A stretch of 64,000 nucleotides of DNA from Squalus acanthias (Eukaryota). Within the stretch, counting starts at the first letter, position 1. Every line of letters starts with the position of its first letter. Made by a program: the position numbers and the translations under genes. The stretch spans positions 133,922,001 to 133,986,000 of the forward strand of contig CM059431.1 in assembly GCA_030390025.1 (NCBI GenBank). Reading direction: 5' to 3'. This document shows positions 1-12,250 of the stretch, in pieces. The notes under the pieces were generated by a model, which saw only the letters and a list, made by a program, of their open reading frames with translations, had not been told where the DNA came from and did not search any database.

Positions 1-250
1 GCCCTGAGGAACTCCTGCAGCGATGTCCTGGGGCTGTGATGATTGACCTTCAACCACCACAACCATATTCCTTTGTGCTAGGTATGACTCCAGCCAGTGG
101 AGACTTTCCCTCCCCCCGATTCCCATTGACTTCAGTTTTACTAGGGCTCCTTGATGTCACACTCGTTCAAATGCTGCCTTGATGTCAAGGGCAGTCACTC
201 TCACCTCATTTCTCTTCCCCACCCCACCCCCGGCGACCTGCCTTTGGATT

Positions 251-1639
251 GAATGTAACCCCACTATTTAAAAAAGGTGGTAGAGAGAAAACGGGGAATT
301 ATAGCAGAGCACATGGAAAACAGTGACAGGATCGGACAAAGTCAATATGGATTTACAAAAGGTAAATCATGCTTGACTAATCTACTGGAAGTTTCCGAGG
401 ATGTAACTGGTAGAATAGATAAGGGAGAACCAGTGGATGTGGTGTATTTGGACTTTCAGAAGGCTTTCGATAAGGTCCCGCATAAGAGATTGGTGTGCAA
501 AGTTAAAGCACATGGGATTGGGGTAAGGTACTGACTTGGATAGAGAACCGGTTGGCAGACAGGAAGCAAAGAGTTGGAATAAACGGGTCTTTTTCCGAGT
601 GGCAGGCAGTGACTAGTGGGGTACCGCAGGGATCGGTGCTAGGACCCCAGCTATTCACAATATATATTAATGATCTAGACGAGGGAACTAGATGTAATAT
701 CTCCAAGTTTGCAGACGACACAAAGCTGGGTGGGCGTGTGTGCTGTGAGGAGGATGCAGAGAAACTCCAGTATGATTTGGACAGGTTGGGTGATTGGGCA
801 GATGCATGGCAGGTGCAGTATAATGTGGATAAATGCGAGGTTATCCACTTTGGTGGCAAAAACAGGAAGACAGATTATTGTCTGAACGGCAATAGATTGG
901 GAAAAGGGGAAGTGCAACGAGACCTGGGTGTCCTTGTGCACCAGTCGCTGAAGGTAAGCATGCAGGTGCAGCAGGCGGTTAAGAAGGCAAATGGTATGTT
1001 GGCCTTCATAGCGAGAGGATTCGAGTACAGGAGCAAGGATGTCTTGCTGCAGTCGTACAGGGCCTTGGTGAGACCACACCTTGAGTATTGTGTGCAGTTT
1101 TGGTTGCCTTATCTGAGGAAGGATGTTCTTGCCATGGAGGGAGTGCAGCGAAGATTCACCAGACTGATACCTGGGATGGCAGGAATGGCGTATGAAGAGA
1201 GATTGGGTCGATTAGGCTTATATTCGCTAGAGTTTAGAAGAATGAGAGGGGATCTCATTGAAACTTATAAAATTCTAACAGGACTAGACAGACTAGATGC
1301 AGGAAGGCTGTTCCCGATGGCGGGGGAGTCCAGAACCAGGGGTCACAGTCTAAGGATAAGGGGTAAGCCATTTAGGACTGAGATGAGGAGGAATTTCTTC
1401 ACCCAGAGAGTGGTGAACCTGTGGAATTCTCTCCCACAGAAGGCAGTTGAGGCCAATTCATTAAATATATTCAAGAAGGAGATAGATATATTTCTTAAGG
1501 CTGAAGGGACCAAGGGATATGGGGCGAAAGCAGGGACAGGGTACTGAATTTGGATGATCAGCCATGATCGCAATGAATGGCGGAGCAGGCTCGAGGGGCC
1601 GAATGGCCTACTCCTGCTCCTATCTTCTATGTTTCTATG
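251..1639 (+). mobile_element. CR1 LINE, 3' part
   Basis: RT motifs QGSVLGP and FADD, 3' stem-loop and TTCTATG tail. Nearly identical to 47388-48824. Confidence 0.95.
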
Positions 1640-1774
1640 ATCACGACTGGCGCGCTCTGTTTGCCAGTAATATACAAATGAGACCAGAAGACTAATTTAA
1701 GGTGGTCCTGCTGCCCTTTAGGTGCACGCAGCGTCCGCCTGCATCTGGAGTGTGCCCGAATTCAAATTCAGGTA

Positions 1775-2560
1775 TAATCAATTTCTAGGCCAATGTATTT
1801 GAACCCTAAGCATCTGACAACTTTCTGCCAGTATTTTACAATCGTCCTTGTTGTTTGCCAAACCCCCTACTTTTGGATCATCAGCAAATTTCGAGATTGT
1901 GTTCCCTATACCCATATTGAAATTATCTATATGTACAGACAGCAAAAATGGATCTGGCACTAACTACTGACTTCCAACCCTTCTCCAATCCAAGCAACAC
2001 CCATTTATTCTAATACAAAAGCAAACTATTGCGGATGCTGGAAATCTGAAATAAAAACAGAAAATGCTGGGAATACTCAGCAGGTCAGGCAGCATCTGTA
2101 GAGAGAGAAACAGAGTTAACGTTTCAGGTCGATAACCCTTCAGCAGAACTGGAAAAAGTTGGAGATGTATCAGATTTTTAAGCAAGTGTAGGGGCAGGGA
2201 GAGGGGGAGGGGAGGTCTGTGATATTCCCTTTTGTTCTTTCCTCCCCTCCCCCCGCCGCTACACTTGCTTAAAAACCTGTTCCATCTCCAACTTTTTCCA
2301 GTTCTGGCGAAGGGTCATTGACCTGAAACGTTAACTCTGTTTCTCTCTCTACAGATGTTGCCTAACCTGCTGAGTATTTCCAGTATTCCCCATTTATTCT
2401 AACTCTGTTTCTTGTCTGTCAAACTTTATGTCATGTCTCAAATTACTCATATACTGTATCGCAAAGTATTATTTTCTGAAAGAAATCTATCTAATTTGCA
2501 TTTGAATTAATCTGCTTCCACAGCCTCCCTAGGGAGCTTATTCTGTAGATTGACTGCTCA
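1775..2560 (-). mobile_element. Old CR1 RT fragment; hosts the 2014 insertion
   Basis: ISKFADDPKVGG on the minus strand. Confidence 0.6.
2014..2388. mobile_element. Penelope-like fold-back insertion with degenerate hammerhead cores
   Basis: Long inverted arms and a 14-bp TSD CCCATTTATTCTAA at 2000-13 and 2389-2402. Cores are mutated to CTGGCGA (+) and CTGCTGA (-). Confidence 0.75.
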
Positions 2561-2574
2561 ATTACTCAAATATT

Positions 2575-3235
2575 GGGGGGAATTTTAATAGCAAAGAACA
2601 CGTGTTTGGTTTTGGGAGGGTTGTTATAATCGGCGAAAATGTCAGCGTGTCCGGAAGCCGACTTCCGGGTTTAACTCAGGTGTGTTTCGATGCGTGTGCA
2701 TAACCCCCTGCGGAGAGGCGGGTTACCGCTTATAATATTTAAAAGAGCCACTTCAGACAAGATTTTAACCGGCCTTCAAACTTAACTTCACATGCACGGG
2801 TTTCTCGGGATTCAGACATTTAGAAACCAGACATCTGCAGGTTTAGCACTCAAGTGCTGATTGGACTCAATTTTCATGGAGCAATATATGTGGGCTCCTC
2901 ACACCCACTTCCACTAAAGGTGTGGAGTGTGTTGGCTGACACACAGCAGCATGTTGCAGGATGCCTCAGGGACCAAGGGAGAGGGAGCACAGGTTCTCGG
3001 ACGCAGCACTGGAGGTCCTGGTGGAGGAGGTCCAGAGGACGATGGATTTCCTATCCATACAGGGCGGAAGGACGCCACCTCGCCCTCCTCTCCCTCTCCT
3101 GCAGCAACTAGTGGTGCACTACCTGGCCTCATGTCCTCCTCCCATTCCTCGTCGAGGCCAACGGGGGACCCCTAGCAAGATGTCCATGACCACCACTCCC
3201 TTTCTCCTGGTGGCTCCTATAAGGTGTCCAATAAG
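2575..3235 (+). mobile_element. Harbinger-like remnant with a Myb/SANT fragment
   Basis: Starts GGGGGGAATTTT. Fragment RFSDAALEVLVEEV at about 2990-3030. Confidence 0.55.
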
Positions 3236-3643
3236 GCATCGGCGGGTGTTTCAGCGGCGGCAGTGGGCCTATAAAAGGCTCCAGAGACCAGGTAAGGCCT
3301 CAGAGCGTCGGCGGGAGTTTCAGCGGCGGCAGTGGGCCTGTAAAAGGCTCCAGAGACCAGGTAAGGCCTCAGAGCGTCAGCGGGAGTTTCAGCGGCGGCA
3401 GTGGGCCTGTAAAAGGCTCCAGAGACCAGGTAAGGCCTCAGAGCGTCAGCGGGAGTTTCAGCGGCGGCAGTGGGCCTATAAAAGGCTCCAGAGACCAGGT
3501 AAGGCCTCAGAGCATCGGCGGGAGTTTCAGTGGCGGCAGTGGGCCTGTAAAAGGCTCCAGAGACCAGGTAAGGCCTCAGAGCGTCGGCGGGAGTTTCAGC
3601 GGCGGCAGTGGGCCTGTAAAAGGCTCCAGAGATCAGGTAAGGC
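3236..3643 (+). repeat. 69-bp tandem array (~6 copies) at the 5' end of the CR1
   Basis: Units start at 3241, 3310, 3379, 3448, 3517 and 3586. Each contains GGCCT(A/G)TAAAAGGC and CAGGTAAG. Confidence 0.95.
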
Positions 3644-3871
3644 GAACCAGTCTCCGAACTCGGGGGGAAAAATAATCGAAGTGTGACGTCACCAAAAAAC
3701 AGGTAAGTGATTGGTTGGTGAGTATTTCTCTCTTTTTAAGCTTAAATTCTGTGGTGTTAAATTTCTAGGGTCTCTGTGGTGTAGTGGGGACAGTTGGTAA
3801 ATAAAGCGCCCTAGAGTATATCTGTAACTGGGGTATTGAGTACATTTTTAATTTAATTAAGGGAGTAGGTC

Positions 3872-4816
3872 ATGACAGGTGAGATCAGCCCTGTGTTATG
3901 CTCCTCTTGCTCCATGTGGGAATTCAGGGACGCTGCCAGTGTCCCTGGGGACCACGTGTGCGAGAAATGCATCCAGCTGCAGCTACTTGTAGACCGCATT
4001 GCGGCGCTCGAGCTGCGGGTGGATGAGTTTTGGAGCATACGCGATGCTGAGAGGGTCGTGGATAGCACGTTTAACGAGTTGGTCACGCCGCAGGGTAGGG
4101 CTGCACAGGCAGAAGGGAAATGGGTGACCATCAGGTGGAGCAGCAGAGGCAGGCAAGGAGTACAGGGAACCCCTGCGGTCATTCACCTTTCAAACAGGTG
4201 TACCGATTTGGATACTGTTGAGGGGGATGACTCACCAGGGGAGAGCGGCAGCAGCCAACTTCCTGGCACCAGGGTTGCTTCTGCTGCTCAGAAAGGGAGG
4301 AAAAAGAGTGGGAGAGCAATAGTGGTAGGGGATTCTATCGTAAGGGGAACAGATAGGCGTTTCTGTGGCCGTAAAAGTGACTCCAGGATGGTTTGTTGCC
4401 TCCCTGGGGCCAGGGTCATGGATGTCACTGAGTGGCTACAGGGCATTCTTAAGGGGGAGGGTGAGCAGGCAGAGGTTGTGGTTCACATTGGGACCAACGA
4501 CATAGGTAGGAAGGGGGATGAGGTCCTGCATCAAGAATTTAGGGAGCTAGGCAGCAGATTAAAGAGCAGGACCTCAAAGGTTGTAATCTCTGGATTACTC
4601 CCAGTGCCACGTGAGTATAGGAATAGGAGGATAGAACAGATGAATGCGTGGCTAAAGAGTTGGTGCAGGAGGGAGGGTTTTAGTTTCCTGGATCACTGGG
4701 CCTGCTTCTGGGGAAGGTGGGACTTGTACAAGTCGGACGGTTTGCACCTGAACCAGAGCGGGACAAATATCCTTGCGGGGAGGTTTGCTAGCACTGTTGT
4801 GGGGGGTTTAAACTAA
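3872..4816 (+). CDS. CR1 ORF1p: CxxC-CxxC zinc finger, coiled coil and SGNH esterase domain, intact 314 aa
   Basis: CSSC...CEKC; VVGDS, HIGTND and DGLH motifs. Confidence 0.9.
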   Translation: MTGEISPVLCSSCSMWEFRDAASVPGDHVCEKCIQLQLLVDRIAALELRVDEFWSIRDAERVVDSTFNELVTPQGRAAQAEGKWVTIRWSSRGRQGVQGTPAVIHLSNRCTDLDTVEGDDSPGESGSSQLPGTRVASAAQKGRKKSGRAIVVGDSIVRGTDRRFCGRKSDSRMVCCLPGARVMDVTEWLQGILKGEGEQAEVVVHIGTNDIGRKGDEVLHQEFRELGSRLKSRTSKVVISGLLPVPREYRNRRIEQMNAWLKSWCRREGFSFLDHWACFWGRWDLYKSDGLHLNQSGTNILAGRFASTVVGGLN

Positions 4817-5164
4817 CTTGGCAGGGGGATGGGATACAGAGTGGAGCTACAATAGGGGGTGATGTACAGTCAAATATAGAGAAAAAAACAAGTCAGCTTG
4901 GAAGACAGGGCAAACATGTAAGAGCAAGGCTGGAAGGCATCTATTTTAATGCAAGGAGTCTAGCGAATAAGGTGGATGAACTGAAGGTGTTGATAAACAC
5001 TTGGGAGTATGATATTGTTGCTATCACGGAGACATGGTTGAGGGAGGGCCAAGACTGGCAGCTCAATATTCCGGGGTACAGAATCTTCAGGCGAGACAGA
5101 GGGGGAGGTATAAGAGGAGGGGGTGTCGCAATATTAATTAAGGAATCAATTACTGCCATAAGGA

Positions 5165-5266
5165 CTCACAGTAACTCTACCTGAGGAAGGGGCGACAGCT
5201 CCGAAAGCTTGTAATTTTAAATAAATCTGTTGGACTATAACCTGGTGTTGTGCGACTTCTCATTTT
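5165..5266 (+). mobile_element. Short Penelope-like insertion with hammerhead motif
   Basis: 11-bp TSD TGCCATAAGGA at 5154-64 and 5267-77. Motif TAC-CTGAGGA-A-GGGGC-GACA-GCTCC-GAAAGCTT-GTA, with AATAAA downstream. Confidence 0.75.
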
Positions 5267-7074
5267 TGCCATAAGGAGGGATGATATATTAGCAGGTTCC
5301 TCCAATGAGGCTATATGGGTGGAGCTTAAAAACAAAAAGGGGGCAAGCACTTTGCTGGGAGCGTACTATAGGCCCCCAAACAGTCAGGGGGAGATAGAGG
5401 AACAGATATGTAGGCAAATCTCAGAGAAATGTGCAAATAATAGGGTAATAATAATGGGGGATTTCAACTTCCCCAATATTAACTGGGATAGTCAGAGTGT
5501 GAAAGGCTTAGAGGGTTCAAAATTCTTAAAGTACATCCAGGAGAGCTTTTTGAGCCAGCATGTAGAAAGTCCTACAAGAGAGGGGGCGGTACTGGACCTA
5601 ATTCTAGGGAATGTGGCCGGCCAAGTGGAAGAAGTGCTAGTAGGTGAGCACTTTGGTGACAGTGACCATAATACAGTGAGATTTAAGGTGGTCATGGAAA
5701 AGGACAGGGATGGGCCGGAAATAAAGGTTCTAAATTGGGGGAAGGCCGATTTTAATAGGATAAGGCAGGATCTGGCCAAAAGGGACTGGGATCAGCTGCT
5801 TGTAGGAAAATCCGCATCGGAGCAATGGGATTCTTTCAGAAGGGAGATTGAGATCATACAATGGCAGCATGTTCCCGTAAATGTCAAGGGTGGTTCCAAA
5901 AACCGCAGGGAACCTTGGATGTCAGGGGATATACGAGAATGGATCAGGAAAAAAAGGAAGGCTTTTCGCAGATACAAAATGCTAAAGACGGAGGAAGCCC
6001 TAGAAGAGTACAAAAAGTGCAGGGGGATACTTAAAAAGAAATTAGGAGATCAAAGAGGGGCCATGAAATAACACTGGCGAGCAAAATAAAGGAAAATCCT
6101 AAGATGTTTTATAAGTATATTAAGGGTAAGAGGATAACTAAGGAAAAAATAGGGTCCATTAGGGACAAAAGTGGCAATCTGTGTGTGGAGCCGAAAGATG
6201 TAGGTGGGGTTCTAAATGAATATTTTGCATCTGTTTTCACTATGGAGAAGGACAATGCAGACATAAAATTAGGGCAGGGGGACTGTGATATACTCGAACA
6301 TTTTAACATCGAGAGGGAGGAGGTATTGGCGGTTTTAGCAGGTCTGAAAATGGATAAATCCCCAGGTCCGGACGAAATGTATCCCAGGCTGCTGTGTGAG
6401 GCAAAGGAGGAGATTGCGGGGGCTCTAACACATATATTCAGAACCTCTCTGGCCACAGGGGATGTGCCAGAGGACTGGAGAACCGCTAATGTAGTACCAT
6501 TATTCAAGAAAGGGAGTAGGGAAAAACCGGGGAACTACAGGCCAGCGAGCCTAACATCAGTGGTAGGAAAATGATTGGAAAAAATTCTGAGGGACAAAAT
6601 CAGTCTCCACTTGGAGATTCAAGGATTAATCAGGGTTAGCCAACGTGGCTTTGTCAAGGGAAGATCATGTCTGACTAATTTGATTGAATTTTTTGAAGGG
6701 GTGACTAGGTGTGTGGATGAGGGTAACGCAGTGGATGTGGTATACATGGATTTCAGTAAGGCCTTCGATAAAGTCCCGCACAGGAGACTGGTCAAGAAGG
6801 TAAGAGCCCATGGAATCCAGGGTGCCTTGGCACATTGGATACAAAACTGGCTCAGTGGCAGAAGGCAGAGGGTGATGGTCGAAGGTTGTTTTTGTGACTG
6901 GAAGCCTGTGGCCAGTGGGGTACCACAGCACTTACACTTTTTAGGTGAAGTCCTCAGAGAATTTCTGGAAAAAATGTTGCTAAAGTGTTGGTGAAGTTTT
7001 GACAAAGTGTCCCAGAAAGTCTCCTGATGTGTTTCAGAGGTCTGCTTCACAACTCCAGCAGCAAGTGAACATGA

Positions 7075-8380
7075 AATGGTGAGTATCCCTTTAAGTAGCG
7101 CTTGGTAAGTATTACAACGTTTTTCTCTCTCTAAGCTAGGGCAGTGGTTTTAACTAAGAGCTGGGGAACTATAACTATTACTTTATTAAATTAATAACTT
7201 AATTAGATAAACTAATTCATTAATATAACTATAAATAATCTTTTGAATAAAAACTTTAATTAAATTAATTCAGGCTATCAATAAGCCAAATAAATTAACA
7301 AGACTAGAGATGGCAGGCTATGTGTCGGGACTGTAGTCTGTGGGAGTTTGTTGACAGCGAGACTGTCCCGGATTCCCAGATCTGCAGGAAATGTCTCTGC
7401 CTTCAGTCACTCCAGCTTAGTCATTGAGCTGGAGTGCGAGTTAGAGACACTCCGAAACATAAGGGAGGGGGAGGAATTTCTGGATAGTTTTATCCAGAAT
7501 ACAATCACACCCCAAAGGAAAGCACAGGTTCAGGAAAAGGAGGGTGTGACTCTTAGGGAGCCAGGTAGTGGGGACTTAGGAGAGGTTGAGAAGGAGGTCC
7601 TGCAGACACTGGTCCTGTCCAACAGGTATGATGTACTCGCTACCTGTGAGGACAAGGAGAAAGACAGCGGGGAGGCCAGCCACAACGCAGACCAAGTAAC
7701 CATGGCTCAGAAGGCTGTCGAAGGGGGGGAAGAGCAGAATAGAAATGTGATAGTGAAAGGCGATTCTATAATTAGGGGAATAGATGGCGTCCTCTACAGC
7801 CAAGAACGAGAATCCCGAAGGGTGTGTTGCCTACCAGAGTAAGGGATATCTTGTGGTGGCTGGAGAGGAATTTGGAAAGGGAGGGGGTAAATCCAGTTGT
7901 CGTGGTCCATGTTGGAACAAACAACATAGGTAGGAACAGGGAGGAGGTCCTGCTGAGGATGTATCAGGAGTTAGGAGCTAAATTAAAAAGCATGACCTCA
8001 AGGGTAATAATCCCTGGATTATTGCCTGAGCCAAGTGCAAATTGACATAGAAACAGGCAGATCAGGAGAATTAACACATGGCTAAAGGGCTGGTGTGGGA
8101 AAGAGGGGTTCCTTTTCATGGGACGGGCTCCACCTGAACTGGGATGGAACCCGTGTCCTAGCGGAAAGGGTAAATAGGGAAGTGGCAAAGTCTTTAAACT
8201 AGTAAGATGGGGGAGGGTGGTACAAGAAATGAAATCAGCCTAAATATAAACAAAACAGGAAAGGAGAGCATAGAAAAGAATAAAGTAAGGGAGGACATTG
8301 ATGGCCAGGGAATAAAGAGTTATAGAACATGAGTATAAATAGATGGCTAAAAATGAAGTGAGTGGAACTACTATGAGTTA
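7075..8380 (+). mobile_element. CR1 5' UTR and decayed ORF1 of another subfamily
   Basis: Motifs GDSIIRG, VCCLP and VHVGTNN, with frameshifts. Confidence 0.8.
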
Positions 8381-8989
8381 AAGGGCTGGATTTTCATAGG
8401 GCCGTGGAGGCGGGTTTGGAGGCGTGTGTGGGGTTAAAATTGCGAAAAGTGGCGGGCAGACCTGATCCCGCCTCCATTCCACCTCCACGCAATTTTGATA
8501 AAATCGTGTGCGGTGTTCCCGACTCCGTCCCACCTCCAAGAGGCGGGAGATGCCATTAAAGCCCTTAACAAGCCCTAAATTGGCTCTGTAATGCCATTTT
8601 GAAACGTTTTAGCTAGTTTAAACATACAAGTTGTTGTTGTTGAGACCAATTTTTAAGAATTTTTACAGAGCATTTACATGTGGTTACTCAAGAACAAATA
8701 TAAAACTTTAAATTAATTGGCTCAGAATGCTAATCGTTTTGTGGCCTTGTGAGCAGCAGGGAACTGAGATATACCAACCATCTGATGAACAGCTACACCA
8801 TGAGCCTGTCCTGTGTAATAAAGTTTGATGGATATATGCTAGATGTAAGACTTGCTGTTTTTTTATGGTGATTTGGACGGTATGCTGTTGCAAGGGGAAT
8901 GCTGCAGTGTGAAGAGGCGCACATGGTTGTTGAAAGGATTTGGAAAGAAATTTGATTTGCTTAACCTCCTGTTTTTTGGTCATGAACGG

Positions 8990-9555
8990 AAGTGGAGTGG
9001 GGAGGAATCAAGGGAGCATGAGATGGATCTTGTAGAGGAGATTAGCATGAAGAGGGCATGGTGGAATATAGAGAAACTGAAGAGTGACAGTGGATCAGGG
9101 CTCAGATAAGGGGAGGTAGAGGAAGAAGAAACAGTGGTAGAGGCAATTGCATGGATGGTCCCAAACTTATAAACCTTAGAGAGACAAAGAAATTCATGAT
9201 CTCTTCACACTTGCCGTTGGAGGTGAGGGTTGAGGGGGCAGAGGAGAGTTAGTCGTGGGGAAGAGGAGTCGATGTTTCAACTGAAGAGAGAGAACTACAC
9301 TAATGCTTGATATGGTCGAGCAAAATCTGGCAGGGGATGACGACTAGATGTGCATCAAGCACATTCAAGTTTGAGGCCCTCTGATTTGAGGGGATGATCA
9401 TGGGGACTGTAATGGGGAACGGCACAGGTAGGAGACACTAAGTGATTGATGGGAGCAAGGATGTGGAAGGCTGGGATATTGTGATGGATGGAGAGCCAGA
9501 AAAGGGGGAGTTTGAGAGTGAATTTCTGAGAAAGCTGGGGGTGGGGTTCTCATCG
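8990..9555 (-). mobile_element. Decayed L2-like fragment
   Basis: Purine-rich on +, i.e. the pyrimidine-rich L2-type coding strand on -. No intact motif read. Confidence 0.4.
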
Positions 9556-9559
9556 ATTA

Positions 9560-12115
9560 TGAAAGTAGATTATGAAAGTAAATTAGCAAAAAATATAAAA
9601 ACAGATAGTAAGAGTTTTTTTATAGTTATATAAAAAGAAAAAGGGTGGCTAAAGTAAATGTTGGTCCCTTAGAGGATGAGACCGGGAAATTAATGGTGGG
9701 AAATATGGAGATGGCAAATACACTGAATGAATATTTTACATAGATACATAGAAGATAGGAGCAGGAGTAGGTCATCCGGCCCTTCGAGCCTGCTCCGCCA
9801 TTTAATGAGATCATGGCTGATCCTCCAATTCAGTATCCCGTCCCCGCCTTCTCTCCGTAACCCTTAACCCCTTTTGCCTGTAGAAATATATCTAATTCCC
9901 TCTTAAATATATTTAATGAGCTGGCGTACACTGCCCTCTGTGGCAATGAGTTCCACAGGTTCACCACCCTCTGAGTGAAGAAATTCCCCCTCATTTCTGT
10001 CCTAAATGGTTTAGCCCTTATCCTTAAATTATGTCCTCTAGTTCTGTTCTCACCCGCCAAGGGAAACATTCCTTCTGCATCTAGTCTGTCTAGACCTGTC
10101 AGAATTTTATACACTTCTATGAGGTCCCCTCTCAATCTTCTAAACTCCAGTGTGTACATCCCTAAACTACATAGTCTCTCCTCATAGGTCAATCCCGCCA
10201 TTCCTGGTATCAGCCTGGTGAATCGCTGTTGCACCCCCTCCATGGCAAGAACATCATTTTGTATCAGTCTTTACAGTAGAGGACACTAAGAATATCCCAA
10301 CACTGGACAAACAGGGGGCTATAGGGGGGGAGGAGCTAAACACGATCAAAATCACTAAGGAAGTGGTACTCGGTAAAATAATGGGACTCAAGGCGGATAA
10401 ATCACCTGGACCTGATGGCTTACATCCTAGGGTCTTGAGGGAAGTGGCGGTAGGGATTGTGGATGAATTGGTAATTTTACAAAACTCCCTGGACTCAGCA
10501 AAGATCCCGGCAGACTGGAAAACTGCTAATGCAACACCCTTATTTAAAAAGGGCAGTAGACAGAAGGCTGGAAACTATAGACCGGTTAGCCTAACATCTG
10601 TGGTAGGTAAAATTTTGGAGTCCATTATTAAGGAGACAGTAACGGGACATTTGGATAATCATAATTTAATAGAACAAAGTCAGCATGGTTTTTTGAAGGG
10701 GAAGTCATGTTTGACAAATTTGCTGGAGTTCTTTGAGGAAGTAACACACAGGGTGAATAAAGGGGAACCAGTGGATGTGGTGTATTTAGACTTCCAAAAG
10801 GCATTTGACAAGGTGCCACACAAAAGATTATTGCTTAAGATAAAAAATCATGGGATTGGGGGTAATATTCTGGCATGGATAGAGGATTGGCTATCTAACA
10901 GAAGGCAGAGAGTTGGGATAAATGGTTCATTCTCAGACTGGCAATCAGTAACTAGTGGTGTTCCGCAGGGGTCAGTGCTGGGTCCCCAACTCTTTACAAT
11001 CTATATTAACGATTTGGAGGAGGGGACCGAGTGTAACATATCAAAGTTTGCAGATGATACTAAGATGGGAGGGAAAGTAGTGAGTGAGGAGGACATAAAA
11101 AATCTGCAAGGGGACATCGACAGGCTAAGTAAGTGGGCAGAGATTTGGCAGATGGAATACAATACTGGAAAGTGTGAGGTTATGCACTTTGGCAGGAAAA
11201 ATAGTAGAGCAAGTTATTATCTAAATGGCAAGAAACTGGAAAGTACTGAAGTACAAAGGGATCTGGGGGTCCTGGTGCACGAAACTCAAAAGGTTAGTAT
11301 GCAGGTGCAGCAAGTGATTAAGAAGGCCAATGGAATGTTGGCTTTCATTGCTAAGGGGATAGAATATAAAAATAGGGAGGTATTGCTTCAGTTGTACAAG
11401 TTATTGGTGAGACCGCACCTGGAATAATGCATACAGTTTTGGTGTCCATACTTAAGAAAAGACATACTTGCTCTCGAGTCAGTACAAAGAAGGTTCACTC
11501 GGTTAATCCCGGGGATGAAGGGATGGACATATGAGGAGAGGTTGGGTAGATTGGGACTCTACTCATTGGAGTTCAGAAGAATGAGACGCGATCTTATTGA
11601 AACATATAAGATTGTGAAGGGGTTGGATCGGGTGGATGTGGGGAGGATGTTCCCGATGATGGGTGAAACTAGAACTAGGGGGCATAGTCTTAGAATAAGG
11701 GGCTGCTCTTTCAAAACTGAGATGAGAAGGAATTACTTCACTCAGAGGGTGGTAGGTCCATGGAATATGCTGCCCCAAAAAGCTGTAGAAGCTACATCAT
11801 TACATAAATTTAAAACAGAAATAGACAGTTTCCTAGAAGTAAAGGGAATTAAGGGTTACGGGGAGCGGGCAGGAATTTGGACATGAGTCTAGGTTCGGAT
11901 CGGTCATAGCCCTGTGCGTAACGTAGCGGGCCCAGGGGCCGTGTAACCTGATTCTGCTCCTATTTTCGTGTGTCCAATTCAGATGGTTCTGTGATAGTAG
12001 ATTGGCGGTTAGGATCAGATCAGCCATGATCTTATTGAATGGCGGAGCAGGCTCGAGGGGCCAATTGGCCTACTCCTGCTCCTATTTCTTATGTTCTTAT
12101 GTTCTTATGTTCTTA
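9560..12115 (+). mobile_element. CR1 ORF2 3' two-thirds with extended 3' UTR and (TTCTTATG)n tail
   Basis: RT ORF 10363-11427 plus C-terminus. Interrupted by an antisense CR1. Confidence 0.93.
9679..10255 (-). mobile_element. CR1 3' fragment nested antisense within a CR1
   Basis: ORF 9830-10243 with tail at 9679-9700. Confidence 0.9.
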
Positions 12116-12250
12116 ACCCTTTTCCGACGTGAAGCACGCCTGATGTGAAACACGCCAGTGAAACCTGACGGGAGCACAAGTGGATAGCTGACTATCAGCT
12201 GCAGGTCCACTATTACAACGGAGATGTGATGAAGGTAGTAGTAGTATTAG

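Larger units (their letters stand above)
3236..6927 (+). mobile_element. CR1 LINE with 5' UTR, ORF1 and disrupted ORF2 (APE endonuclease and RT N-half), 3'-truncated
   Basis: ORF2 motifs TETWL, YYRPP, GDFNFP, SDHN, KSPGPD and [11 protein letters not shown]. Stops, frameshifts and an insertion at 5165. Confidence 0.92.

Noticed and set aside
503..1079. Recurrent antisense ORFs such as MPPKWITSH and MWSHQG (also at 16228, 47540, 47868)
   Set aside because: These are shadow frames of the CR1 RT. They recur only because the repeat recurs.
552..1547. Retron, DGR or other prokaryotic RT system
   Set aside because: The RTs carry the APE-endonuclease context and 3' tails of non-LTR retrotransposons, within spliceosomal-intron DNA.
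3236..3643. CRISPR-like array, or a repeat protein (ORF 2961-3686)
   Set aside because: The units are contiguous with no unique spacers and there are no cas genes. The ORF is a by-product of a 69-bp unit (divisible by 3) fused to a transposon remnant.
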